Below, piece after piece: positions 28,552 to 37,000 of a DNA stretch of 64,000 bases. The stretch's first letter is position 1; each line of letters starts with the position of its first letter. A model generated the notes under the pieces. That model saw only the letters and a program-made list of their open reading frames with translations. It was not told the origin of the DNA and made no database searches. Location: NCBI GenBank assembly GCA_024280855.1, contig JAJRPG010000018.1, forward strand, positions 7,386 through 71,385, written 5' to 3'. This stretch comes from Planctomycetota bacterium (lineage in GTDB: Bacteria; Planctomycetota; Phycisphaerae; UBA1845). A program made the position numbers and the translations under genes.

Positions 28552-29295
28552 CTAACTCGATTTGCGCTTTTTGTTCTTTTTGTGTGAAGCATTCTTCTTG
28601 GTTTTGCTTTTGACTATTTCTACGATGCCATCCGAAGGGCACCATTTCGCCAAACTGCAATTCTCACAATCTGCTTTTCGCGCGGCACATACTTGTCTGC
28701 CGTGAAAAATCAGAGCGTGCGAGAGGTAAGTCCAATGTTTTTGGGGGACGATTTCCATCAGGTCGCGTTCGATTTTTACGGCGTCTTTCGTATCCTTACT
28801 TCGCCAGGTCATGGCTAATCGCGTGGCTAATCTGCCTACATGAGTATCTACGACGACGCCTTCGTTTTTGCCGAACGCTGTACCCATGACCACGTTGGCT
28901 GTCTTGCGGGCTACGCCGGGTAGGGTTATTAAATCTTCAATGGTCTCCGGAACTTTGCCGCCGTAATTATCAACGATAGCTTGCGATGTCCCTTGGATAC
29001 TCTTGGCCTTCTGGCGAAAAAAACCTGATGCGTGAATGAGTTCTTCAATCTCCTCGCGCGGAGCAGCGGCTAAGGCCTTAGGTGTGCCGTGTTTGGCGAA
29101 TAGGACCGGCGTGATTTTGTTGATTGTCTCGTCAGTTGATTGGGCGGAAAGAATCGTGGCGATCAATAATTGAAAAGGGCTTTTGTGATGTAAGGCGCAG
29201 TTGGCATCTGGGTAAAGCTTTTGCAACCCTTTAAGAATCAGCCCTGTTCTCTTTTTTCTATCCGAATCGCTCTCGTTTGTTGATATTTTACTCAT
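28552..29295 (-). CDS. nth: Endonuclease III
   Basis: LIATILSAQSTD, HhH motif LPGVARKTAN, VVDTHV and a Cx6Cx2Cx5C [4Fe-4S] motif. Confidence 0.95.
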   Translation of the reverse strand: MSKISTNESDSDRKKRTGLILKGLQKLYPDANCALHHKSPFQLLIATILSAQSTDETINKITPVLFAKHGTPKALAAAPREEIEELIHASGFFRQKAKSIQGTSQAIVDNYGGKVPETIEDLITLPGVARKTANVVMGTAFGKNEGVVVDTHVGRLATRLAMTWRSKDTKDAVKIERDLMEIVPQKHWTYLSHALIFHGRQVCAARKADCENCSLAKWCPSDGIVEIVKSKTKKNASHKKNKKRKSS

Positions 29296-29324
29296 GCAGA
29301 ATACTTCTCATGCTCAGTTTTTAG

Positions 29325-30014
29325 TTACTTTTCGACGTGCGGCGACCCGCTCCATCGGACGTAGCCATCCTCGAAAACATCCTTTTTCCAAATAGGGGCG
29401 TCTTGCTTTATCGCGTCAATTAGCCAACGACAAGCATCGAAACACTCCGCACGATGGCCGGCTGTGACCCCTATATAAACAGCTATTTCACCTAGTGCGA
29501 CCGGCCCAACCCGATGCACAATCACAACTTTTCGGAGCGACCATCGTTGGCGAGCCTCGTCAGCTAGCCGCCGCATCACATCCTTAGCCATGTCCGCGTA
29601 GGCTTCGTAATCGAGCCGTACAAGTTGGCCATGTTGTTCGTCTTTTTCTTCGCGTGTCATGCCAACAAACGTGACCTGTCCGCCGCACTTGGTGTCCCCG
29701 CCTAAACGCTTGTTCATGGCGTCAGCGCAAATAGTGGTATCCATCAAATCAACAACGACGTCTTGTGGCAGGCCGCCAGACACCGGTGGAATGAGCGCGA
29801 TTTCATCGCCGTCGCTGATAGCTGTACCATCGAGTGCGTAGTTGTTATTGATTGCAAACCGAACAGCCTTGAGTTTACCCTGCAATGATGGGCACTGCGA
29901 TTCAAGCTGTGAACGCATTTCAGAAACCGTTGCGCCATCGGGGATTTCTAACGTCATCTCATCCCGCTGTGCGAGTTCTCGGCTTGGCCCTAAAAATATA
30001 ACGCGAATGTGCAT
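29325..30014 (-). CDS. Fused molybdopterin synthase MoaD-MoaE (MoaX-like)
   Basis: Ubiquitin-like N-domain ending IPPVSGG, followed in frame by MoaE motifs (LDYEAY, HRVG, HRAE, PIWKKD). Confidence 0.9.
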   Translation of the reverse strand: MHIRVIFLGPSRELAQRDEMTLEIPDGATVSEMRSQLESQCPSLQGKLKAVRFAINNNYALDGTAISDGDEIALIPPVSGGLPQDVVVDLMDTTICADAMNKRLGGDTKCGGQVTFVGMTREEKDEQHGQLVRLDYEAYADMAKDVMRRLADEARQRWSLRKVVIVHRVGPVALGEIAVYIGVTAGHRAECFDACRWLIDAIKQDAPIWKKDVFEDGYVRWSGSPHVEK

Positions 30015-30032
30015 GATAGAAATCTTTGGTCG

Positions 30033-30533
30033 TTACCGTAAGAATGATTTTCCCAATAATCTTCTGATTGTAGCTAATTGCCCTGCGTGGAAACCTTCGT
30101 GTCTGGCACAGTGGCAAATGGCCCCGGCGACGTCTGAGTAATACGGATGAGGCTTACCTGCTGCTCCCGCGCACGGCTTGGCCAAGGCTTCGTCATTCAT
30201 CCCTCGAATCGCGGCCAACGTTTTGACGTGCAGGTCTGTCATGACATTTAGCACGTCCTCAACTGATGGATAGTCGTACTCATCGGCTGATTTCACTGGT
30301 GCGCCGACAGGGAAGTGAGCTATAAAAGAGGCGTCGAGAATCTGATTGCCAAGGCATCGGTCGTGAATAATCGCATGCTCAGACGCGGCTAAGTGGCCGC
30401 ATAACCAAAGCGGGTGGGCCAAGCCTGGCGCGGGCTGATGATGCCAATCATGGCCGCTTAGGTCCGCAATTAGTCTGAGCGTCCAAATTCTCGATCCATC
30501 TACCAAATCAGCTAACAGCTGCGATGTCTTCAT
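30033..30533 (-). CDS. DinB/YfiT-family protein
   Basis: WLCGHLA and HEGFHAGQ histidine metal triad. Confidence 0.85.
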   Translation of the reverse strand: MKTSQLLADLVDGSRIWTLRLIADLSGHDWHHQPAPGLAHPLWLCGHLAASEHAIIHDRCLGNQILDASFIAHFPVGAPVKSADEYDYPSVEDVLNVMTDLHVKTLAAIRGMNDEALAKPCAGAAGKPHPYYSDVAGAICHCARHEGFHAGQLATIRRLLGKSFLR

Positions 30534-30575
30534 GTTTCCGACTCCTTCTTGTGTTTGATTAGTCGTGCTGTCACT

Positions 30576-31658
30576 CTACTCGATAGTCAACGTCGGCGCG
30601 GCTACTTGTAACTGGCTCTTAATACTCACCTGACCAGCCGTGTTAGCCACAACTCGGTCCAAGGCCTGTTTCACATAGTCCGGCGTGCCGGTGAAAATTT
30701 TCTCGGGCTGACCTTTGTCGCCATTGATGCGAATGTCAATATTGAGCGGAATGTCTCCCAGGAATGGCACGCCTAATTCTTCGGCAGCGTGTTTCGCCCC
30801 GCCATGATCGAAAAGTTCATCACGGTGGCCACAACTCGGGCAGAGGTAATAGCTCATGTTTTCGATAATGCCCAAACAGCTTACGTTAAGTTGTTCGTAC
30901 ATTTTTACTGCCCGGCGAGCATCTATCAAAGCCACATCCTGCGGGGTGCAAACAACTACTGCTCCGGTCATAGGAATCGACTGAGCCAGGGTTAACGGGA
31001 CATCGCCCGTGCCCGGTGGTAAATCGACGATGAGATAATCCAACTCGCCCCAATCAACTTGTTCGAGAAATTGTTTCACCACGCCATGAACCATAGGCCC
31101 GCGCCAAATCAGCGGCTTATCTGGATCAACCATGAATCCGATGCTCATGATTTTGACCCCGCCGGCATCGAGGGGAAGAATTTTCTCACCTTTAACTTCG
31201 GGTTTCGCGCCTTCCAGCCCGACCATCATGGGGATGCTTGGGCCATACACGTCCGCATCCATCAGACCGACCTTCGCCCCGGCTCGGTGCAGGCCATAAG
31301 CCAAGAGGACGGAAGCCGTGCTTTTCCCTACGCCCCCCTTCCCCGCGCCGACCGCCACGATATTTTTCACGCCAGGCAACTGGGCAGCCGATGACGCTCG
31401 ACTCGATCGAACCTGAGCGCTCCACTCGATTTGAACATCTTGAACCCCGTCGATACGTTTCACAGCCTCGGCTACGTCGCCCTTGATTTTATCTTTCAGC
31501 GGACATGCGGGAGTGGTCAGTTCGATGTGAACCTTTACGGTTGCCCCATCGACGGACACTTCTTTCACCATGCCCAGTGTGACAAGGTCTTTATGTAGCT
31601 CCGGGTCGTTGACGGTTTTAAGTTGTTCTAGAACTTGTTCCTGCGTGGCAATAGCCAT
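30576..31658 (-). CDS. mrp: Mrp/ApbC (NBP35-family) Fe-S carrier ATPase with an N-terminal DUF59 domain
   Basis: DPEL...LTTPACP; GKGGVGKST; DADVYGPS; DLPPGTGD; ENMS..CPSC. Confidence 0.95.
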   Translation of the reverse strand: MAIATQEQVLEQLKTVNDPELHKDLVTLGMVKEVSVDGATVKVHIELTTPACPLKDKIKGDVAEAVKRIDGVQDVQIEWSAQVRSSRASSAAQLPGVKNIVAVGAGKGGVGKSTASVLLAYGLHRAGAKVGLMDADVYGPSIPMMVGLEGAKPEVKGEKILPLDAGGVKIMSIGFMVDPDKPLIWRGPMVHGVVKQFLEQVDWGELDYLIVDLPPGTGDVPLTLAQSIPMTGAVVVCTPQDVALIDARRAVKMYEQLNVSCLGIIENMSYYLCPSCGHRDELFDHGGAKHAAEELGVPFLGDIPLNIDIRINGDKGQPEKIFTGTPDYVKQALDRVVANTAGQVSIKSQLQVAAPTLTIE

Positions 31659-31682
31659 TAAATTTTATCTCCGTAAATATAT

Positions 31683-31699
31683 TGCACCAAAATGGTGCA
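31683..31699. promoter_or_regulatory. Perfect palindromic operator upstream of mrp
   Basis: TGCACCA-AAA-TGGTGCA, about 25 nt upstream of the mrp ATG. Confidence 0.6.
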
Positions 31700-31723
31700 G
31701 CAGTTCATGCGTCTAAAAGGACT

Positions 31724-31810
31724 AGCTGCGGGCTTCAAACCGCGCGGGGTATAGCTTTTCGGAGCGCCGATTTCGTTTCGAGTCCGCGCAGGCTGAAGCC
31801 TGCGGCTCGG
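31724..31810. repeat. Inverted pair of REP-like elements (REPIN/BIME-like)
   Basis: AGCTGCGGGCTTCAAACCGCGCGGG (31724-31748, +) faces TCGAGTCCGCGCAGGCTGAAGCCTGCGGCTCGG (31778-31810, a minus-strand copy). Both match 3104-3136. Confidence 0.75.
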
Positions 31811-32038
31811 TAGTCGCTTCGCTCGCAGTCTTACAAAGTAAATATAGTGACAATCCTTGTCCTCTACCAGTCGTGTTGATGGTTGAATTGTTTAGAATAT
31901 TTAACTTTGTGAACATGTGATTACCGCGCTCGCCCTCATCGCCATGCTCGGTTACATTTAGTTTGATATATGCAGATGCAAGGGTCGGGAAATCCCGATG
32001 CCAAGCTACTTTCGTACCCATGTTTGGAGTCGTTCGCG

Positions 32039-33634
32039 ATGACTGCCACATCACCCCATGCAAAGACTCGCGCGCTCACCTGGCGTGTCGCCGGCCTATG
32101 GATGGTCGTGCTGGCCATAGGCCTTGCTGTGCTGGGCGTCGTGCTTTCTTACCGACATGCCCAATCTCTCATGAGCATTCTCATGGTTCAAGTGGAGGAC
32201 CGAGCCACCTATATTGCGAACCACGCACGGGGCTCCTTTAATCATCAATTGTCAAATGCGTTGGAGTCTGCATCCGGTTACGTCAGGAGCCAGGACGCGA
32301 TGGACTGGCAGCCTCCCAAAGATTGGCCCGCTTGGGTAGACGGCATTTACACCTGGGATGGAAGCGATCTTGTGAACATCGTTCCAGCGGATTTTGCCCC
32401 GCCTAAGCTTGAGGAATTGATGGTGTCAAGATTCGCCGTCCGCCCATTTGAAAGTCCGGCAGAAATCACGCCACAAGGAACGGAGCTTTTATACGACACG
32501 CTCGCAGGAACCAATATCGTTCTTGCGTACCACCGTACAGTTGGTGCGAACGACCAACAATTAGCCGTTGTGGTTCGAATCTTGTTGCCCTTTCTTAGAA
32601 CAGATTTAATTGAGCCTTTGATATCTCCCGCTACAGGATTGATGCTTGTGCGAAGTGACGGGGTAGCGACGCGATGGTCCCAGCAGCTTCTTAGCGCGAT
32701 GAAGTTTTGGACGATTAAGCCGACACCGAAATATGTTAAAGAACTGCGTCGAACGGTATATGGCCAAACCATTTTCGATTTAGGCTTGACGGGGTTCGCG
32801 CTCGTGACACTGCTCGTAGCCATGTGGATTCTTGTGCGACTCGCCCGGAAAGAATTAGACCTCGCCCAGATGAAATCCGATTTTGTTGCAGACGTTTCTC
32901 ACGAATTAAAAACGCCACTCGCGGTCATTCGCATGTATAGTGAGACGTTGCAGTCTGGCCGAATCACGACGGATGAAAAACGTCAGGACTACTATGACAT
33001 CATAACAAGAGAAAGCACCAGGCTGACAAACCTTATCAATAACATTCTCGATTTCGCGCGCATCGAGTCCGGCAAGCAGGTGTATGAATTTCTTCCCATC
33101 AACATTGGCGAAGTAGCCCGCGAGACTTATGCCGCCTATGGAGAACAGCTTGAGCGTGCAAAATTTGAGCATCGCCTTGAGATAGAAGAGCATCTGCCCC
33201 TCGTCCTAGCTGACCGGGATGCCCTGACGCAGGTGTTGATAAACCTAATTAGCAACGCTGTGAAATATAGCACCGATGAGCGGTATCTTCTCATCGAACT
33301 AACGACCGAAGTCCGACGTGGCCAGCATGGCGTGCTAATTGCCATGCACGACCACGGGATAGGCATTCGCCCGGAAGACCGAGCCAAGCTCATGGAAGGC
33401 TTTTTCAGGGCTTCCGACAGTCGCGTCAGACGCCAACGAGGCACCGGACTAGGCCTAGCCCTGGTCAAACAGATTGTGGATGCCCACCAGGGCATTCTTG
33501 ATGTAGAATCTCGTCTGGTAAAAGGTAGTACGTTCAGGATATTTCTGCCCCAGACCGACGATGAGCCTTCAGATAACGAAATGTCAGATCACGGCGACGA
33601 AAACCAACAGCAAAGCACAGACTTTGACTCATAA
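32039..33634 (+). CDS. Membrane sensor histidine kinase
   Basis: Two TM helices, H-box DVSHELKTPL, N-box NLISNAVKY, DHGIGI, GTGLGL. ATG 32039 has a GGAG RBS. Confidence 0.92.
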   Translation: MTATSPHAKTRALTWRVAGLWMVVLAIGLAVLGVVLSYRHAQSLMSILMVQVEDRATYIANHARGSFNHQLSNALESASGYVRSQDAMDWQPPKDWPAWVDGIYTWDGSDLVNIVPADFAPPKLEELMVSRFAVRPFESPAEITPQGTELLYDTLAGTNIVLAYHRTVGANDQQLAVVVRILLPFLRTDLIEPLISPATGLMLVRSDGVATRWSQQLLSAMKFWTIKPTPKYVKELRRTVYGQTIFDLGLTGFALVTLLVAMWILVRLARKELDLAQMKSDFVADVSHELKTPLAVIRMYSETLQSGRITTDEKRQDYYDIITRESTRLTNLINNILDFARIESGKQVYEFLPINIGEVARETYAAYGEQLERAKFEHRLEIEEHLPLVLADRDALTQVLINLISNAVKYSTDERYLLIELTTEVRRGQHGVLIAMHDHGIGIRPEDRAKLMEGFFRASDSRVRRQRGTGLGLALVKQIVDAHQGILDVESRLVKGSTFRIFLPQTDDEPSDNEMSDHGDENQQQSTDFDS

Positions 33635-33688
33635 TTAAGCTACAATGTATCGAATAGTAATGACCTGGGACGAGCGGAGATCATAATT

Positions 33689-34372
33689 ATGTCAACAAGA
33701 ATTCTAATAGCCGATGACGAAGCAGATATTGTAGCCGGCCTGCGTGATAATCTGGAGTTTGAAAATTATCAGGTATTGGTCGCTGAAGATGGCGAAGCGG
33801 CACTGGCGGCGGCGCTTTCTGAAAGCCCGGACCTTATCTTGCTCGACATTATGATGCCCAAGTTGGATGGGCTGGAAGCCTGCCGCCGTATCAGACAAGC
33901 TGGACATACCATGCCCATTCTTATGTTGACGGCGAAAAGCCAGGAAATTGACATCGTTCGCGGGCTTGAAGTTGGGGCCGATGATTATATCACTAAGCCA
34001 TTCAGCGTCCGGGAATTGCTCGCTAGAATCAAGGCTGCCTTGCGCCGAACTGATGCTGGCAAAGGGCTATCTCGCATCCTCACTATTGGTGCTGCTACGG
34101 TTGATCTTGTCAAAGGTAAAGTTGAAAATGGTGACGCGGTACACAATCTTGGCCATTTCGAGCTGGAAATTCTGAAGCTTCTGGTTGAAAAAGCAGAGAA
34201 GCCAGTAGAGCGAAATCGTCTGCTGGATGTCATTTGGGGGCTGGAAGGTTTCCCGGCGACCCGCACGGTGGATAATCATATCGTGAGCCTGCGTAGAAAA
34301 ATCGAGCCTGACCCCAAACAGCCCAGGCATATTGTAACAGTACATAGTATTGGCTATAAATTTGTGCCTTAA
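33689..34372 (+). CDS. OmpR/PhoB-family response regulator
   Basis: ADDE, LLDIMMP, GADDYITKPF and winged helix RTVDNHIVSLRRKIE. Confidence 0.95.
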   Translation: MSTRILIADDEADIVAGLRDNLEFENYQVLVAEDGEAALAAALSESPDLILLDIMMPKLDGLEACRRIRQAGHTMPILMLTAKSQEIDIVRGLEVGADDYITKPFSVRELLARIKAALRRTDAGKGLSRILTIGAATVDLVKGKVENGDAVHNLGHFELEILKLLVEKAEKPVERNRLLDVIWGLEGFPATRTVDNHIVSLRRKIEPDPKQPRHIVTVHSIGYKFVP

Positions 34373-34766
34373 AAGTTCTCAATTACCCACTTGAAGTGTA
34401 AGCGGTAAACATTGTTCGGCTGGGAAGCATTCATTCCGAGTCCTATATGAATGTATGCTCGGAGAGTCTGTAGCGTAAAGACTATGCGTTCATGCATATT
34501 GACTTGTAACGACTACAAAAAAACACATAAAAATCTGCATTGCGTGAAATACCCAAGCGAGTTTCAAGACTATATACATTGAGTGGCTGTAGAATTTGCA
34601 AACGACTTTTTTGGGGTGTCTGAACTAAGCTTTGTGGCGTACGGAATTATTTTTCAAGTATTTTGAAACACTTGGTACGTTTTTTGCGTCTTACAGAGTG
34701 TGGAGACACTGAGCTTTCAGGCTATCCATATACATCCTTCGCCGGGGTGACGCGCCGGCAAGTGAT

Positions 34767-34799
34767 TGCAGGACGGGGCACTTGCTGTCCCGTCCTGCA
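34767..34799 (+). terminator. Strong 14-bp hairpin, terminator-like
   Basis: TGCAGGACGGGGCA-CTTGC-TGTCCCGTCCTGCA; its one G-U pair closes on the + strand. Weak U tract. Confidence 0.5.
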
Positions 34800-34834
34800 T
34801 CCCTCCTATTTTTGTCAGAAAACGTCCTATATAT

Positions 34835-35662
34835 TTAGGGTGCTGGTTGTGTCATGGCTTCTGGCGGTTTCCGGTTGCGGTCTGCGGACAGCAATCTCGT
34901 GACCCGTTGCTGAATCATTTCAGGCCTTAACTTGCGAGCCTCCTCCAGTCTCGTAGCTAAATCACTCATTCTCGCCTGAAGATGGGAAATTTCTAATTGA
35001 CGCAACTGCAACTGTATATCAAACGCCTGCGTAGCAAGCTCGTCGATGTCCTTGCGTAATTTTACTTGATCCAGGTCATCCTGGCTTTTTCTATATAAAT
35101 TCGCTTTATGTCGCATTTGCATATCCAGTTTTCGTTCCTGAATGTGAAGCTTAGCTCGTTCTGGATCAACTTTCATCATTTCCATAACACGGCGCACTTC
35201 CGGTATGACACGACGTATCCGGCGCTTAAAGGCTTCGGGATTGCGCTCTCTTAATTTTTTTAGTTCCTCCGACATGCGCGGAAAATGCTTTCGTAGAAAT
35301 TTGATGATTTCTTTCCGCTGCGTTTTTCCAAGCTCTTGCCAGTTTTTGGTTTTTGGCCCGTGAGGGCCTGGCGGGCCGTCGAGATCTTCATGTGGTGGAC
35401 GTCCTTCCATATTGCGTTGCCTGCCCCGCATGTTTGGACGCTGGCCATTTCGCCTTTCCCCCATTCTCGGAGGCCTTTGACGCGGTTGCCCTTCTTGTGG
35501 TTGTCGCCAAACCTGACGTGAGTCTCGATTGGCCGGTTTTTCATTGCGCCGTCCAGTTTGCGCGAATGTTGTTTCCGCAAACATGCTCGTCGCAAAAAAA
35601 ACGCAGACGATAGCAGTTATGCCTTGGTGTCTAATCCTGCTGCCCCTTAAAGTAAATGTCAT
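34835..35662 (-). CDS. Secreted helical Arg/Pro-rich protein (Spy/CpxP- or DUF3106-like ECF partner)
   Basis: Signal peptide (TFA|Q), RP/G-rich low-complexity segment, coiled-coil C-terminal half. ATGA overlap with the anti-sigma gene. Confidence 0.6.
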   Translation of the reverse strand: MTFTLRGSRIRHQGITAIVCVFFATSMFAETTFAQTGRRNEKPANRDSRQVWRQPQEGQPRQRPPRMGERRNGQRPNMRGRQRNMEGRPPHEDLDGPPGPHGPKTKNWQELGKTQRKEIIKFLRKHFPRMSEELKKLRERNPEAFKRRIRRVIPEVRRVMEMMKVDPERAKLHIQERKLDMQMRHKANLYRKSQDDLDQVKLRKDIDELATQAFDIQLQLRQLEISHLQARMSDLATRLEEARKLRPEMIQQRVTRLLSADRNRKPPEAMTQPAP

Positions 35663-36258
35663 ATGCCTGACTCCGCGCCCGCGCCTCGATTACGTGATTT
35701 CTCTTGCAATCCTGAACTGTTTTCATCTATTTCGTCATAATCTGTAGCTTGTGATGACCAGTCATCCGATAGCCAGGGGTTATCTAATGCGACCAGCGAA
35801 TTAGCAAAACTGTTCAGCTCGCCATCAATATCTGACATTTCCGTTCCAAAAGTATCCGTCGAATAAGCTTCGAACGCCGTAAGCCAAATCGTCGAATCGT
35901 CTTCTATCGCTTTCTCAACCATCGGCGGCATAGAAACCAACAACGCAACCGCCGCAGCGACTACCCCCCCTACCCACATTGGCCAACCCAATAGACGACG
36001 GCGTTTTTTTTGCGCCTGCTCAGCTTGTTCGTGCATAACTTCCCGTCTCACGCTATCCCGCAAGGCCCGCCTCAAATCGTTCGTAGCCGTTTGTAAATCT
36101 TCATTTTCCAACTGCCCCCGTAGCCATTGCTCCTGAATTTCGATACGCATGCGCAGCTTGATGAAGTCGGTGTTAGGCTCTTCGTTATCGAGCAATTGCT
36201 CGTTAAGCCAGGATTCCTCGGGTGCAAAGCCAGAATTTTCTTGATTGTCGTGGCTCAT
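35659..36258 (-). CDS. Putative single-TM anti-sigma factor
   Basis: Start moved to MSHDN (ATG 36258, overlapping the sigma TGA). Cytoplasmic helical domain, KKRRR followed by a TM helix, acidic periplasmic tail. Confidence 0.65.
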   Translation of the reverse strand: MSHDNQENSGFAPEESWLNEQLLDNEEPNTDFIKLRMRIEIQEQWLRGQLENEDLQTATNDLRRALRDSVRREVMHEQAEQAQKKRRRLLGWPMWVGGVVAAAVALLVSMPPMVEKAIEDDSTIWLTAFEAYSTDTFGTEMSDIDGELNSFANSLVALDNPWLSDDWSSQATDYDEIDENSSGLQEKSRNRGAGAESGI

Positions 36259-36857
36259 GTTCCTGACTCCATCATCTGGCGAAGTTTTTTCAGCCCTCGG
36301 TGCGCCCTTGCTAACGCAGTACCTATCGGCGTTTCCATCATCTGAGAAATTTCCGAGTATTCTAGTTGGCCATAATGTCGCAATAGGACAACGGTTCGTT
36401 CGTCTGTAGAAAGTTTCATCAGGCATACTTGCAGGTTAGCTAACGATTCAGTCATAGCTAGGGCATCTTGAGGCCCATGTTCCTGGCTTAGCCCGGAAAC
36501 CAATCTGACTTCTACGACATCTTGCCCTTGAGCTTCATTCGTTTCATCCAAAGAGACAATCGGCTGTCGCTGAAGTTTTCGTATGCGGTCTCGATTCAGA
36601 TTAGCCGCGATTCTAAAGAGCCAGGACTCGAATCTTCCCTTTTCATCGTATTGCGGAATCATGCGCACCACCCGAACAAAAACTTCTTGAACTAAATCTT
36701 CGACGCCTTCGCGTGCGCCAATCATCCGATGGAAAAAACCGAATAATCTCCCCGCGTATTGGTCGACAATGGCGTCGAGGGCTTCAGGTTCCTGACGCTT
36801 CGCCCGCGCAATCAACGCAGCCCAAGAAGCATCGACATTTGTGTTCAACATAGCCAT
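36255..36857 (-). CDS. ECF sigma-70 factor
   Basis: Region 2 EDLVQEVF...FESWLFRIAAN; region 4 YSEISQMMETPIGTALARAHRG. Confidence 0.92.
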   Translation of the reverse strand: MAMLNTNVDASWAALIARAKRQEPEALDAIVDQYAGRLFGFFHRMIGAREGVEDLVQEVFVRVVRMIPQYDEKGRFESWLFRIAANLNRDRIRKLQRQPIVSLDETNEAQGQDVVEVRLVSGLSQEHGPQDALAMTESLANLQVCLMKLSTDERTVVLLRHYGQLEYSEISQMMETPIGTALARAHRGLKKLRQMMESGT

Positions 36858-37000
36858 GATGACTTCATCGTACTACACATTTAGCCGGTGCAAGACGCGA
36901 TTTGCAAGTATTCCTCTTGGCTCCCATTCGCCAATCATTTTCTACCAGGAGGGCTACCTTGCGAAATCGCGTCTTGACCAGCGTTTACCGCACCAACATA

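Noticed and set aside
31722-32063. 113-aa minus-strand ORF upstream of mrp
   Set aside because: It runs through the REP doublet and the divergent promoter region and has no protein-like features.
32572-32581. GGTTCGAATC tRNA T-loop-like motif
   Set aside because: It lies inside the histidine kinase CDS with no cloverleaf around it.
33624-33646. TTGACT...TACAAT promoter-like pair before the response regulator
   Set aside because: The spacing is only 11 nt, which is incompatible with sigma-70.
36259-36426. Long N-terminal extension of the anti-sigma ORF
   Set aside because: It overlaps the sigma gene; the ATGA-coupled start at 36258 is more plausible.
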